Notes under the pieces: generated by a model
The model's input: the letters and a program-made list of their open reading frames with translations, nothing else
The model's database searches: none
What the model was told of the DNA's origin: nothing
In this document: positions 1 through 12,800 of the stretch, piece by piece
How the letters are laid out: each line of letters starts with the position of its first letter
Numbering within the stretch: the first letter of the stretch is position 1
Source of the DNA: Malacoraja senta
Lineage: Eukaryota
Assembly: GCA_038087875.1 (NCBI GenBank)
Contig: CM075989.1
Location: 9,116,001 to 9,180,000 of the forward strand
Length of the DNA: 64,000 nucleotides
Direction of reading: 5' to 3'
Position numbers and translations under genes: made by a program

Positions 1-124
1 GGAAAAGCAGAATGTGTTGGAAGCGGCAACATGCCAATTGTCATCTGGGAAAGAGAAGACTGATTAAAAGATCAGCGGCTCACAGACTCTATGTTATACC
101 TTTAAGCTGGTAAACTTTTACACT

Positions 125-415
125 TAGACTTTAGAAATGCAGCGCGGAAACAGGCCCTTCGGCCCACCTAGTTCGCGTCGACCAGCACTCACCCCGTACA
201 CAAGCACTATCCTACACACTAGGGACAATTTACAAGTTACCGAAGTCAGTTAAACTGCAAACCTGAATGTCTTTGGAGTGCAGCAGGAAACCGGAGCACC
301 AGGAGAAAAGCCACGCGGTCGTACAAATTCCGTACAGACAGCACCGGTAGTCAGGATCGAACACTGGTCTCTGGCGCTGTAAGGCAGCAACTGTACCACG
401 GCACCACCGTGCTGC
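125..415 (-). mobile_element. HE1-like tRNA-derived V-SINE
   Basis: Reverse complement of the SINE consensus seen across the window (tRNA-like head, central domain, CR1-like tail). Confidence 0.85.
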
Positions 416-1429
416 AACTACACTTTCCTATGCACCTCAGTTTAAATGACTGCCCTCGGACCTTGTAGATATGCCCTCGCATTCACGATTGTCCCACTAG
501 TGGAAGTGTCTCAGCATTTACCCAGTCGTGCCCCCTGAGGATCTACAACTTTTAAAACTAAGATCACACTTCATTCTTCAAATATACCCTTGGAGCTGGA
601 GCCAAGATTTTCTCTGAAGGTTCCTAGAGATGAGACTCCTTTTGCTTCAGAGGTAAGAGTGATGTCCATTGAACCACGTCCCTGCAAACCGGCATCCCTC
701 TCCTCTCCTCCTTGTGTCCCAGGCGTGCCTCCTGCAGCTGACCTTGAAGGTTCTGGAGGCACTACCCCGGGTTCATCCCACCGAACCTTTCTCCTGGCAT
801 ACTACATCTCCGGCGGTCGTCCCACCTGCCCGGTACTGTGGTCGCCGAGCCTGCAGGTCCTCCGGGCGAGTTCCCGGTTCCGCCGTCCGACGAGCCCTCG
901 TTCGGGCGGAGACCGCAGCCGCGGCACCTCAGGGGGGCAACGGCCGCGCGACACTGTGGGCCAGGGTGTGACTCAGGCACTGTACAATGCTTGGCTTGGT
1001 AGCTCAACATGTGCTGCAAGACTCGCACTCCCTTCATTACACTCTCTTGCCTGGTGATGTTCATCCCTGGCCTGCGATCAACTCTGATCTCCAGGGTTGG
1101 CTGCAACGGAGAAATGTTGACTCACACACTCACTCTTGGCAACTTCGCTGCCCAAATCACTGCAACCACAGCAATTAAGATGGACAGCTATATGGAAAAC
1201 AAACCTCTGACGATTTAAAATATATTTATGGTTTTATAATACTCTACTGGTGGGCAATTACACTGTCAACATGGTTATGTAATATGGTTTTAAATCCCAC
1301 AGGAGACTCACCCTTCCAGCTGCCTCTGCTATTCTGTTATCACATTTTACACCTTCTGACCTACCTTTGGTTTCTCTACTTGCCTCATTATCACCTCTTT
1401 TTGTCTTGGCCCATTATATCCATCACAGG

Positions 1430-1945
1430 CATACAGAGGGTTCACCTGAATCTCCTCCAACCTCATCTATTGCATCCGCTGCTCTAGATGCCAGCTGATC
1501 TACATCGGTGAGACCAAGCGGAGGCTTGGCGATCGTTTCGCCGAACACCTCCGGTTGGTCCGCAATAACCAACCTGACCTCCCGGTGGCTCAGCACTTCA
1601 ACTCCCCCTCCCATTCCGTATCTGACCTCTCTGTCCTGGGTCTCCTCCATGGCCACAGCGAGCAACACCGTAAATTGGAGGAAATGCACCTCATATTCCG
1701 CTTAGGCAGTCTACATCCTGGGGGCTTGAACATTGAATTCTCCCAATTCTGCTAGCCCTTGCTGTCCCCTCCCCTTCATCAGCCATCTGGTTGTCTCCTC
1801 CCCTCCCCCAGCCCTCGGGCTCCTCCTCCGCATTTTTCCTTTTTTCCTTTCTTCTCCCCCCCCCTATCAGTCTGAAGAAGGGTTTCGGCCCGAAACGTTA
1901 CCCATTTCCTTCGCTCCCTGAGTTTCTCCAGCATTTTTGTGTATA
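1430..1945 (+). mobile_element. Penelope-like retroelement 3' fragment: GIY-YIG endonuclease C-terminus plus terminal repeat with hammerhead motif
   Basis: Reads [33 protein letters not shown]...[10 protein letters not shown]...LGSLHPGGLNIEF with stop at 1753-1755; CTGAAGA-stem-GAAAC at 1872-1896. Confidence 0.85.
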
Positions 1946-3164
1946 TCCATCACAGGGCTCTCCTGACCCTCCAGAACCACTTTTTTTCCATTCATTTTTC
2001 AATCTCCATTCATTTGAGAGCTGTCAAACTCCATTTTGTTTTACTTCTGAACAACCAGTCTGCTAGCCTGTAGCATGAACGTTCTCTGCCCGTTCTGAAA
2101 ATTATGGAATCATAAAATGATTACAATACAGGGCCGCACGGTGGCACAGCGTTAGAACTGCTGCTTTACAGCGCCAGAGACCTGGGTTCGACTTTGGATG
2201 TTCTACTTGTGACCACATGGGCTTTCACGGAGTGCTCTGGTTTCTTCCCGCACTCCAAAGACGTATAGGTTGCTAGGTTGTGTAGGAAAGAACTGCAGAT
2301 GCTGGTTTAAATCAAAGGTAGACGCAAAATGCTGAGTTGCTCAGGCATTTTGTGTCTACCTTAGGTTTCTAGGTTCATTGGCTTTGGTAAAATTCTAAAT
2401 CCTAGTGTGTAGAATAGTGCTAGTGTCCAGGTAATTGCTGGTCGGCGCAAACTCAGAGGGCCGAAGGGCCTGATTCTATCTCTGAAGTCAACTGTCCCAG
2501 GAGTACATCATTCAGCAGATTGAGTATGTGCCAGCTCCTGGGGAATACTGTCAATTCCATTTCTCCTTGTCTATCAAATTATTTTCTCTCAACTCACATT
2601 AGAATAGAATAGAATAGAATATTGTCTCTCTACTCAAATTATTCTTTCTCAACTGCTCATCCAATTCTCTTTTGATGGCATTGATTGATTCCACTTGGAG
2701 CCATGGTATTGTACAGCTCAGAAACAGGCCCTTCGGCCCTTCTCATCCCTGCCAACCAAGATGTCAATGTAAGCTGGATCCATTTCTCCACGTTTGGTCC
2801 ATATCCCTCCAATCTTTTTCTATCTATGCACCAGACAAAATGCGTGTTAAAGCCTTCGACAACCTCACAGGCAAACGCATTTACATTGTCTTTCCAACCC
2901 TGACTGATTTTATTATTGAGCATTCAGCTGATTGCCCAGGTTGTTTTGGCCAGTTGCTGAGAGCTGTCCAGTTTTTTTCTGCCAGAGAAGGTGACAGCAA
3001 GCCCCGTCAACTTCATCTATTACAAAGAGCGATGATATGCAGCATTCCTATTTCTAGAGTTGCTTGTGTACAATTTCAGCCTTACTTCATTCCACCTTTC
3101 AAATTCTCAATCTTCAAACAAAACAGCATAACCCTCGAAGCCCACCTCTGGGGGGTCTAATGGC

Positions 3165-3460
3165 AGGGCAGTGGCGCAGCAGTAGAGTTGCTCCCTCACA
3201 GCGCCAGAGACCCAGGTTCGATCCTGACCACGGGCGCTGTTTGTGTGCAGTTTGTACATTCTCCCTGTGACCGCGTGGGTTTCCTCTGGGTGCTCCGGAT
3301 TCCTGCCACATCCAAAAGACGTGCGGGTTTGTAGGGTTGATTGGCTTCTGTAAATTGCCCCTAGTGTGTAGGATAGAACTAGTGTACGGGCGATCGATGG
3401 TCAGCACAGACTCAGTGGGCCGCAGGGGCTGTTTCCACGCCGAATCACTGAACTAAACTA
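3165..3460 (+). mobile_element. HE1-like tRNA-derived V-SINE, representative full copy
   Basis: A box GTGGCGCAGCAG, B box GGTTCGATCC, central TGCTGTTTGTGTGCAGTTTGTACATTCTCCC, tail GTGGGCCG..GGGCTGTTTCC..(ACTAA)n. Other + copies at about 2130, 6385, 11780, 20435, 22090, 35272, 35710, 36983, 42615, 45460, 49090, 52035, 54063 and 61175. Confidence 0.85.
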
Positions 3461-4030
3461 ATCACAGAGACAGCATTTCAACAAACAAACTGGGTGAATA
3501 GAGACAAACGGGCAACAAGCAAAGAAAATTGAGAAGGTCCAGGTAGTTTATATTGTAATTCATTTGCTTACTCGGGCATTAAAATATGGCCTGAGGAAGA
3601 GAGTGGTTAATTTGTTAATCTGGTGCCAAGTCAATTGAGTCAGGTCCACAAACCCAAATCCTCCCATCACAACTAGAGATTTAAATTCAAGTTAAAAAAA
3701 AAAATCAACTAAATAATTCTGGAGTTAAAAAGCTTGTATCAGTAATGGTGACATTAGTTTAGCTTAGTTTAGAGATACAGCGTGGAAACAGGCCCTTCGG
3801 CCCAACAGGTCCGTACCGACCAGCGATCCCCACGCATTAATGCCATCCTACACATACGAGGGATAATTTACATTTATACCAAGCCAATTAACGTACAAAC
3901 CTGTACGTCTTTGGAGTGTGGGGGGAAACAGAAGATCTCAGAGAAAACCCACGCAGGTCACGGGGAGAATGTACAAACTCCGTGCAGACAGCACCCGAAG
4001 TCAGGATCGAACCCTCGTCTCTGGAGCTGT

Positions 4031-4788
4031 AGGCGACTTTTCAGCGGACTGCCGGCGACTGTCAAGTTGCCCGCAGTCGCCTGAAAAAACGGCAACTGGA
4101 ACGGCGACTGTCAGAGTGGAACACACACACACATCGCTTCCTTCACCAGCCCGTTATGCAGGCGGGGGACAGGGCAAGCGGGGCAGCGCTGTCTAAAAAA
4201 TTCACACGGTGCAAAGCCAAGATGAAACAGACACACACCATGATGAACAGGAAGGTTGGCGCAGTAAAAAGATGGCTAAAGCACAGTGTATGTACGGTAA
4301 GTCCTTTAAAAGAGGGGGGGGGGAGAGGGAGGAGATAGGGGGAAGAATGAATGGAGACAACTTTTAAGAATCCAGAGATACACGGCTGTGAAGTTCGGCG
4401 GATATTAATATTACCGGTCGGTTATCCTTGGTTCTGAAAACTACCGCTTACCTTTTTTTTCCCCAATGAGCCAATGAAACTCACCGATCAGCACCGGCTA
4501 CAACCTACGAGAACCTTCGACCTCCTGGCAACCCATTAGGACCTCCTGGCGACCGACCTGCGGCTCGAGAATGCTCGCAACTCTCCATGGCGGCTTCATT
4601 CCAGTCGCCGCTAATTTTTCAACATGTTGAAAAATTCACGGCGACCATAATGAGGCCGCGACCAGTTCCCAGAATGCGAGAACTCCTCACGACCATGAAG
4701 GCGACTCCCCGGCAACCACCCGCGAACATGTGGCGACTGCATAGTCTCCTGCAGTCGCCGAAAAAGTTGCGCAAGTGGGGCAGGCCCA
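4031..4788. mobile_element. PIF/Harbinger-type MITE, left TIR lost, inside a SINE
   Basis: Right end CAAGTGGGGCAGGCCCA; many GGCGAC/GTCGCC repeats; internal palindrome at 4613-4636. Confidence 0.7.
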
Positions 4789-6280
4789 TTCGGCAGCAAC
4801 TCTACCGCTGGGCCATCGTGCCGCCCACCACTAGATTGACTTTTAGAATCCCAAATGACAAAGAGCATCTGTTAACTGTTCCTCTTTCCACAGATACTGA
4901 TCTGACAAGTGTTACCAGCATTTTCTGTTCGAATTAGAAAGGACTTTTTTGTTCAGACTCCTTTTCTTTCCCTTCCCCACTCTCCATTACATCCTCTGCA
5001 CCAGGATTCCAGTGGTCTTTGCCTGGAAATTTGTGCTTCTTTCCATTTCACAAACAAAAAAAAACTAAGGGAATGATCTCATCAAAACTGAACACAAGTC
5101 TTCTTGCAGGATTCAGGCAGGATCCTCAATGCAATTTGCTTTTGCTTATCCTGGAGCAGAAAGCGTTGCTACCTTCCTGTTTATGAACTCATAAAAACCT
5201 TGCCAAGAAATCAGTGTTAAATTGCGTTTGACCTCCTTATTGAAAGTTTTGTGGCTATGAATGTTGGCTTCGGACACCAAGACAGTAAGATTCTGTTCGA
5301 AAAACTGTTTCTATAAAGACGTTATCGTGGTAAAATGTTCCAAACTGTTTCATGGAAGTGAACCTTATCTCTGCAAGACTGGCTTTGGGAGGAGAATTTT
5401 AACTTCCACGCGAGCTGGCAGGGTGCTTTCTGAATCCGACCGCCACCAAAAAAATTCTTTCAACTTTTACAAATATGTGATTTTTTTTTTTTAAAAAGAG
5501 AAAGGTATCATGTGCAGCTCTCTAAGGAACAGATTCCTGGAACTGAAAAAAATGCACAGAATCAAAGATTTATTGAATTAATGGTGTTCCTGGAACCAAT
5601 TCAGCAAAAATAAATGTTGTTGCTTTGCAACAGTGGCTTTTCTAAGGGAAATTGGATGTGGGTTGTTGCGCTTTGTGTGAGCTGCAACGATTGACGGTAT
5701 GTGAAGATATGTTTGTTGGCATCACCGCAGCAGACCACACTCACTCACTGTTGGGTTGGTTACCAAACACCCCATCACGAGTTGCCAATATCTTACAGCT
5801 GACCCTGATCTCTGTACAACAGCTAAAGGCTTGGTCCAAGTGTTCACCAAAGTTCCCCACTGACCTCCAATGCCAAAACCCATAGTTTGAACCACTCGGG
5901 TTCAAACCTGATCTTGGGTGCTGTCTGTGTGGAGTTTGCATGACCTTCCGGTGAGTGCTTTGGTTTCCTCTGGGTGTGTTCACCGACCTCCAATGGTGAA
6001 ACCGTAGTTTTTAGACATGTAGTCCTTCTTGTCAATTCTCTCCGTATCTCTAAAACTTCTCCATCACGGCAGAACTCTTCCACTTCTGTCTTCTTGCTGA
6101 ACCCTGTTTGAACACTCCCATCACTGGCAGCCCTGCATTCAGTAGCTCAGACCGTAATCTCTAAAACACCCTTCCTAAAGACCTCGGTCTCTCTCTTCTC
6201 CTTAAAACCTCCCTTTGACCAAGCTCCTAATTTTCTCATGTAACATGCACCACAGCGTCAAATAGTTTTTGAGAGTTCTC

Positions 6281-6336
6281 AATGTTAATATGTTAATATC
6301 TTATGTATGTTAATATGTTAACATCTTAATATGTTA
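6281..6336. repeat. Short tandem repeat (ATGTTAAT)n, degenerate
   Basis: aatgttaatatgttaatatc...atgttaatatgttaacatcttaatatgtta. Confidence 0.8.
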
Positions 6337-6720
6337 GATGTGCTTCAATAAAAGATTCTTACCACTTATAATCCCAATTAATAGATGCAGCAGGTGAAGC
6401 TACTGCCTCACAATGTCAGAGACTTGGGTGCTGTCTGTACGGAGTTTGCACGTTCTTACTGTGCCTGCATTGGTTTCCTCTGGGTGCTCCAGTTTCCACC
6501 TACATGCCCAAAGATCATGTGGGTTTGCAGGTTAATTGGCCTCTGTAAATTGCCCTTGGTGTGCAGGGGAGTGGGTGAGAAAGTGGGATAACATAGAACT
6601 GGTGATTGATGGTCAGCGTAGTCTTGGTGGGCCGAAGGGCCTGTCTCCATGGTACATCTTTTAATCAATTCAATGAATCAATCAATTTAATAATCAATGA
6701 CTTCTGCCTCTGATTTACAG

Positions 6721-6865
6721 GATGGGATACTGCTTGGAGCTGTGGGGGCCTATGACTGGACAGGTACCGTCTTAAAGCAAACCAGTTATGGCCGTGTGAT
6801 CCCTCCCAAGGAAGCCTACGAGAAGGAGTTTCCAGAGGAACTGAAGAACCATGGGGCCTATCTTG
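6721..6865 (+). CDS. ITGA11: Integrin alpha exon (145 nt): [49 protein letters not shown]
   Basis: Acceptor tttacag, donor gtaagt; FG-GAP region just after the I-domain. Confidence 0.93.
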
Positions 6866-9800
6866 GTAAGTAGACATCATGTCTGTGGAAGGGTCCCAAC
6901 CTGAAGCGTCACCTATCCACGATCTCCAGGGATGCTGCCTGACCCACTGAGTCACTCCAGCACTTTGTGTCTTTTCATGTGTCTACAGTCCTGTTGCAGC
7001 TCTTCAGAGAGAACATTCTGTAAAGGCCATTGAGTCCATCTGAAACACTAATGTGATGTTTTGAGTCATAGAGTCATGGAGTCTTAATGTGTGGAGACAG
7101 GCCCTTTGGCCCAACTTGCCCATGCCAACCAGTATGCCCCATCTACACCAGCCCGACCAGCCCGTACTTGGTCCATAACCCTTTAAACATATCCTATCCA
7201 TGTCCAAATGTCTCTTACACATCATAGATAGTACCTGCCTCAAATACCTCCTCCCGCAGCTAGTTCCATATACCCACCAACCTTTGTGTAAAAAAAAATT
7301 ACCCCTCAGTTTCCTATTAAATCTTCCCCCCCCCCCCCCACGCTTTAAACCTATGTCCTCTTGTTCTCGATTCCTCCTCAACTCTGGGCAAAGACTGTGA
7401 CTTACCCGAGCTATTCCTCTCATGATTTAATACACCACTATAAGATCACCCCTCATCCCCCTGCGCTCCATGGAATAAAGTCTTTGCCCACTCAACCTCT
7501 CCCTATAGCTCAGGCCTATAATTAGAGTTATTAAATTGAACAGTTATGCCAGAGCACAGCATAATAATATACGTCTCTGTTTCTGAGCAGCAAGGGGATT
7601 TTGTAAAGTTAGTTACCAGACACGTTTTGGATTTTTGCTTTTTACCCACTTGCTACAGTGACGCATCTTTGGTTGCAATGTCACAAACACGGATTAATAC
7701 GCTCAGCAAAAAAATAAGTTGCTGGAAGCACTCAACGAGTCAACATCTGCTGTCTCTTGTGTCTTCTCTTGATTGGCTCGGATGGATGGAGGGAGAGTTT
7801 GGTCCGATAGATTTGAGGGGGGTTAATGGAATCATTAGCCGGCACAAAACATTTCTCAGAATTGTCAGTGTCAGGAGCTGGCTGTTGGGATTTACGCTTT
7901 TGAATGCACTTCTCTTAATCCCAGTCCCGGTGTCTCTACAGTTCACTGTTGACATATCCCAAAGGGTCCGAGTGTGTGACTGGTAATCTGCCCCATTGCT
8001 GCCATTTGGCTCCTGTCCACAAATTGCTGGTCTACCCTGAGCAATTAAGCTCACTTATTGAGGTCCAGGCACCAAATGTACTCTCGTTACTCCAAAGTTG
8101 GCTTTTGGTCTCCAAGTTTATTTTATTTCTACAAGAAAATTGCTTGTTAATTAAAAAATTGTTAAATGTCTGATAAAGAAAAAATGTTGCCAAACCTCGA
8201 GAGGATTGGTGAATTTGAAACATAAATTCACAAATTCAATCCTTGATTCAAGACATGTAGCAGTTGTAATAAATGCAGCATTGTAAGAACCCACAAACAA
8301 AGGTGACGTATTAGGGTATAAAAAGCGTAGACAGTCAGAACCTTGTAATAATAATAATAATAATAATAATAGATTTTATTTAAGGGCGCCTATACAAAAG
8401 TCTCAAGGACACCTTACAAAATTTAACAAAGAAACATATAATCAGAGTAAAATAAGTTATAAAGAACATCACCAATACATAAATTAAAAATGGAAATTCG
8501 ATCCAAAAAAGACAACAAAATTCAGAAACACAACGTGAAGGGAGAGCAGCGGCAGCCAAACTGCGCCAGCGTACACTCTCCCTTCCGACCGCCATGTTGG
8601 ACATAGACTAACATAGACACTACACACTACACACAAAATCATCCCCCCACAATGGTTACCACTGTGGGGGAAGGCACAATGTCCAGACCCCAACCCCAGA
8701 ATGTCAAAGACTAGAGAGTATAGCTTTAAAGTGAGAGGGGCAACGTTTAGAGGAGATGCGCAGAGCATTTATTTTAGTGGTGAGTGCCTGGAACACACTG
8801 CCGGGAGTGGTGGTGGAATTAAATTAGGCAGTGGCATTTAAGAGGCTTTTAGATAGGCACATGGATGTGCGGGGAATGGAGGGATATGGATCGCCCATGG
8901 GCAGAGATTAGTTTAACTTGGCATCATGTTCAGCAGGGACATTGCGGGCCGAAGGGCCTGTTCCAGCGCTGTACTGTCCTGTGTTCTACAATGATGAGTG
9001 TAAGGCGTTGGTTGTAGAGAGAGTCCTGAGGTAGAACATCTGCCCTTCTCCAAATGGCCACGCTGTGAGGGCAGATGGGATCTGGTATCAAACACTCTGC
9101 CATTGTTAGTTTAGATCCTCGGAGTGGGGACAACACATATGAGTCAAAGGCTGGTTTACAAACTGGAAAACGCTGGAAATGGCCTGAACTACTCATTGGT
9201 GACCCTCGGACTATCCTTGATCGGACTTTGCTGGCTTTACCTTGCACTAAATGTTATTTCTTTATCATGTATCTGTACGCTGTGAATGGCTCGATTGTAA
9301 TCATGTGTTGTCTTTCCGCTGACTGGATAGCACGCAACAAAAGCTTTTCACTGTACCTCGGTACACGTGACAATAAACTAAACTGTAAATGCTCAGCATG
9401 TCAGGCAGCATCCGTGCAGAAAGGAAGGCTGATTAGAGGTAGGTGTTGTGTGAAGAGGGAAGGGGGAGCTGGCTGTGGCCATCCACAGTAGGACGAGAGG
9501 TTAAGCAGAAGCGTGCCAATGTGTTTGACGATGTAGCTACTGAGAGGAGGCTTCTCCACAGGACTCTTCCCAGAACCAGGAGATCTAGGTTCAAAACACG
9601 GTGTCTTCCTTTAAGCTGAAACGCCTCTCAGAGGGTTGTGAATCCTTGGAATCGCTCTTCACTGAGAGGCCAAGATAGACAGATTTGTGGTCTACTGGGA
9701 AGTCGAGACTTATGACGATTGGCAAAGAATGTGGAGCGGAGGCCAAGATTAAATCAATCATGATCTCATGGGCTCGGCAGCCAAATGGCCCACTCCTGCC

Positions 9801-12800
9801 TTTTATTTTCCTCCTCCTACATCTGTGGAGTAAATGTTTGGCATCGATGGCTTTTCCTCAGGATTCGAGCGCCCATGAAACCCTCTGTGTTTTGTTTCGC
9901 AGGTTACACCGTTACCTCAGTGATGCCGAGGTCGGGTAGGAGGTGGTACGTGTCAGGCGCCCCCAGGTTCAATCACACCGGAAAGGTCATTGTATTCACC
10001 ATGAGGAATAACGGGAATGTCACCATTCAACAGTCGCTGAAGGGCCAGCAGGTTAGTGGGTTCGCCAAGCTCTCGAAACCAGTGCTGAACCATCCCATGC
10101 ATTACTGTCCCAGCACCTTGCTGCACACATGCAGGACAGCTGCGCTTTGCACGCATGCCAGCGCATTCCTCATCCTCTCCCACATCTGTTATGTGCAGTC
10201 TGTCGCAGTTTGATTTTAGTTCAGAGATACAGCACGGAAACAGGCCCTTCGGACCATCGAATCCACGTCGACCAGCGATCCCCGCACACTAACACTATCC
10301 TAGGTTAATAGGCTTTGTAAATTGTCCCCAGTGTGAGGGATAATGCTAGTATATGGGGCGAATGCTGTTTGGTGCAGATTCGGTGGGCCAAAGGGCCTGC
10401 TTCCACGTTGTATTTCGAAACTGAACTAAACTAAATTCAACGTGCACGTACTCAATGCTTTTACCCCATTCCTAATCCAGTTTTCCATCCACTCTCACTG
10501 TTACACCCATAACTGTGCACAGGGTGGTATCTGTGGTCTCTTTAGAGATACAGTGTGGAAACAGGCCCCTCGGCTCACAGAGTCCGTGCCAACCACCAAT
10601 CCCCGTACACTGGCACTATCCTACACACTGGGGACAATTTATAATTTTACCAAAGTCAATTAACCTACAAACCTGCACGTCTTTGGAGCGTGGGAACTTT
10701 GAAGCATCTGGAGAAATCTCCTAAGGCATAGGGAGAACGTACAAACTCTGTACAGACCACACCTTCTTCTTAAGGGCCTGTCCCACGAGCATGCGACTGC
10801 ATGCAGCTAGCGCGACCTAACATGGTGACTTGAGGCGTACGGCCTCGCGGGGCCGGTCCCACATCCAACCGCGGAGGCGTCTGGAGTTGTTCGGGGCTGG
10901 TCCCGACATCATACTCACCAATCAGCTGGGCAGGAGGTGGGCTGACTGAATTTGGACGTCGCACGGCGTCGGGCGGTGATGTCATCACGCAACGGCACGC
11001 CGGGCATTGACGGCATTGCGCAATGCCGTGCGCTAGGCGTACGCCGTCAAGAGGCTGCGTACGGCCTCGATGCGGCTGTGGGCCGACAGGCCGTTGCAGC
11101 GCGGATTTTTGGACAGTGTCAGTTTTTCGGAGCCCCGCGCGATGTCGGGACCAGCTCCGCACAACTCCATACGGCTCCGCCGATCGAAGTGGGACCGGCC
11201 CCACGAGGCCGTATGGCTCAAGCGACCACGTTAGGTCGTGCTAGCCGCGTGCAGTCGCATGCTCGTGGGACAGGCCCATGGTGTGCACAGCCTAAAGTTG
11301 TAAGGCTTGAGACAACACCAGTAGTCAGGATTGAACCCAGGTCTCTGGAGCTGTAAGGCAGCAACTCTACCACTGGGCCACTGTGCCCCCAATGAATCTT
11401 CCTCCTCCTGTTCCTTGTCCTGCATCACAAGGCCCCTGACATGATGCCTCGACTTCCATTGGCAGGACATTTATCTGTAATATTTAATAATAACTTCTAA
11501 ATGACTAGTAAATCACCTTCCTCCGTTTTCTTTCAGATTGGATCCTATTTTGGGAGTGAGATTGCTCCCGTGGACGTGAATGCTGACGGAGTGACAGACA
11601 TTTTATTGGTCGGTGCCCCTATGTATTTCAGCGACGGCAAAGAGAAGGGTAAAATCTACGTCTATTCCCTCCACAAGGTAATTGCCCGAATGCTGTTTTA
11701 GAATTGCCACAACTTCCTCGGGCTCTGCTTCCCGTTCTGCCATCTCCCCACTACAAGTCCGATAGAGGTACAACGAGGCCGGGGCGAAGGCACAGCGGTA
11801 GAGTTGCTGCCAAACAGCACCAGAGACCCGGGCTCGATCCTGACTACGCGCGCTGTCTGTACGGAGTTTGTACGTTCTCCCTGTGCTCCGGTTTCCTCCC
11901 ACACTCCACAGATGCACATCTTTGTAGGTGAATTGGCTTCGGTAAGATTGTAAATTGTCGATAGTGTGTAAGATAGTGCTCGTGTACATGGTGATCACTG
12001 GTTGGCACGGCTCGGTGGGCCGAATGTTTCCGCACTGTATTTCTAAAGCCTAAAGGGAATGGGAAAGGAGCCCGGATCACACTATCTTGTGGCAGGCTTC
12101 AGCTGCCCAATTGCCCAGCAGTCATGGCCAGGTTTGCTGTCATTTGCACAGGTATACTGCAGCTTCAGTACAATGAAAATCTTGTCTGCACAAGCATCAC
12201 AGGCACATAGACTTAGACAACACACAAATCTTAAATTATACATGAATTATGCATATATTCTACAAGACAGTGAAATGAAAAAGACCTTGCAACAGAGCAA
12301 ACAGGACCTTAGTGCAAAAGTGCACAGTTAGAAAACAAGTCCATGGTAGTGCAGACGTTAGTCTGTCGTGTAATATTCCCGAGTTAGGATTAGGTTTAAA
12401 AGACACAAAGTGTCTGAAGAAGGACAGTCTGAAGAAGGGTCCTGACCTGGAAAGTCCCTTATCCATGTTCTCCAGAGATGCTGCCGGACCCATTGAGTTA
12501 TTCCAGCACTCTGTCTCTGCAGTTCCTTGTTGCTAGGATTAGGATGATGCAGATTGTTTTGAGGTCCTCGTAATTATAGAAAAGTAATTGTTTCTGAACC
12601 GGGTGGTGTGGGAATTCAGGCTTCTGTACGTCCTGCCGCATATAGATGATTGCAGTGGTGGAGAGAGTTGTGCCCGTGATGGACCCACCGGGCTGAGTCC
12701 ACCACTCTCTGCAGCCTCTTGCGTTTTGCGTGTTGGAATGTCCAACCCAGGCAATGATGCAACCAGTCAGGATAAAGAGGCTGTTTTTGACATTAATATC

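Noticed and set aside
1..6720. Upstream I-domain exons of the integrin
   Set aside because: I found no matching exon by eye; they are presumably 5' of the window
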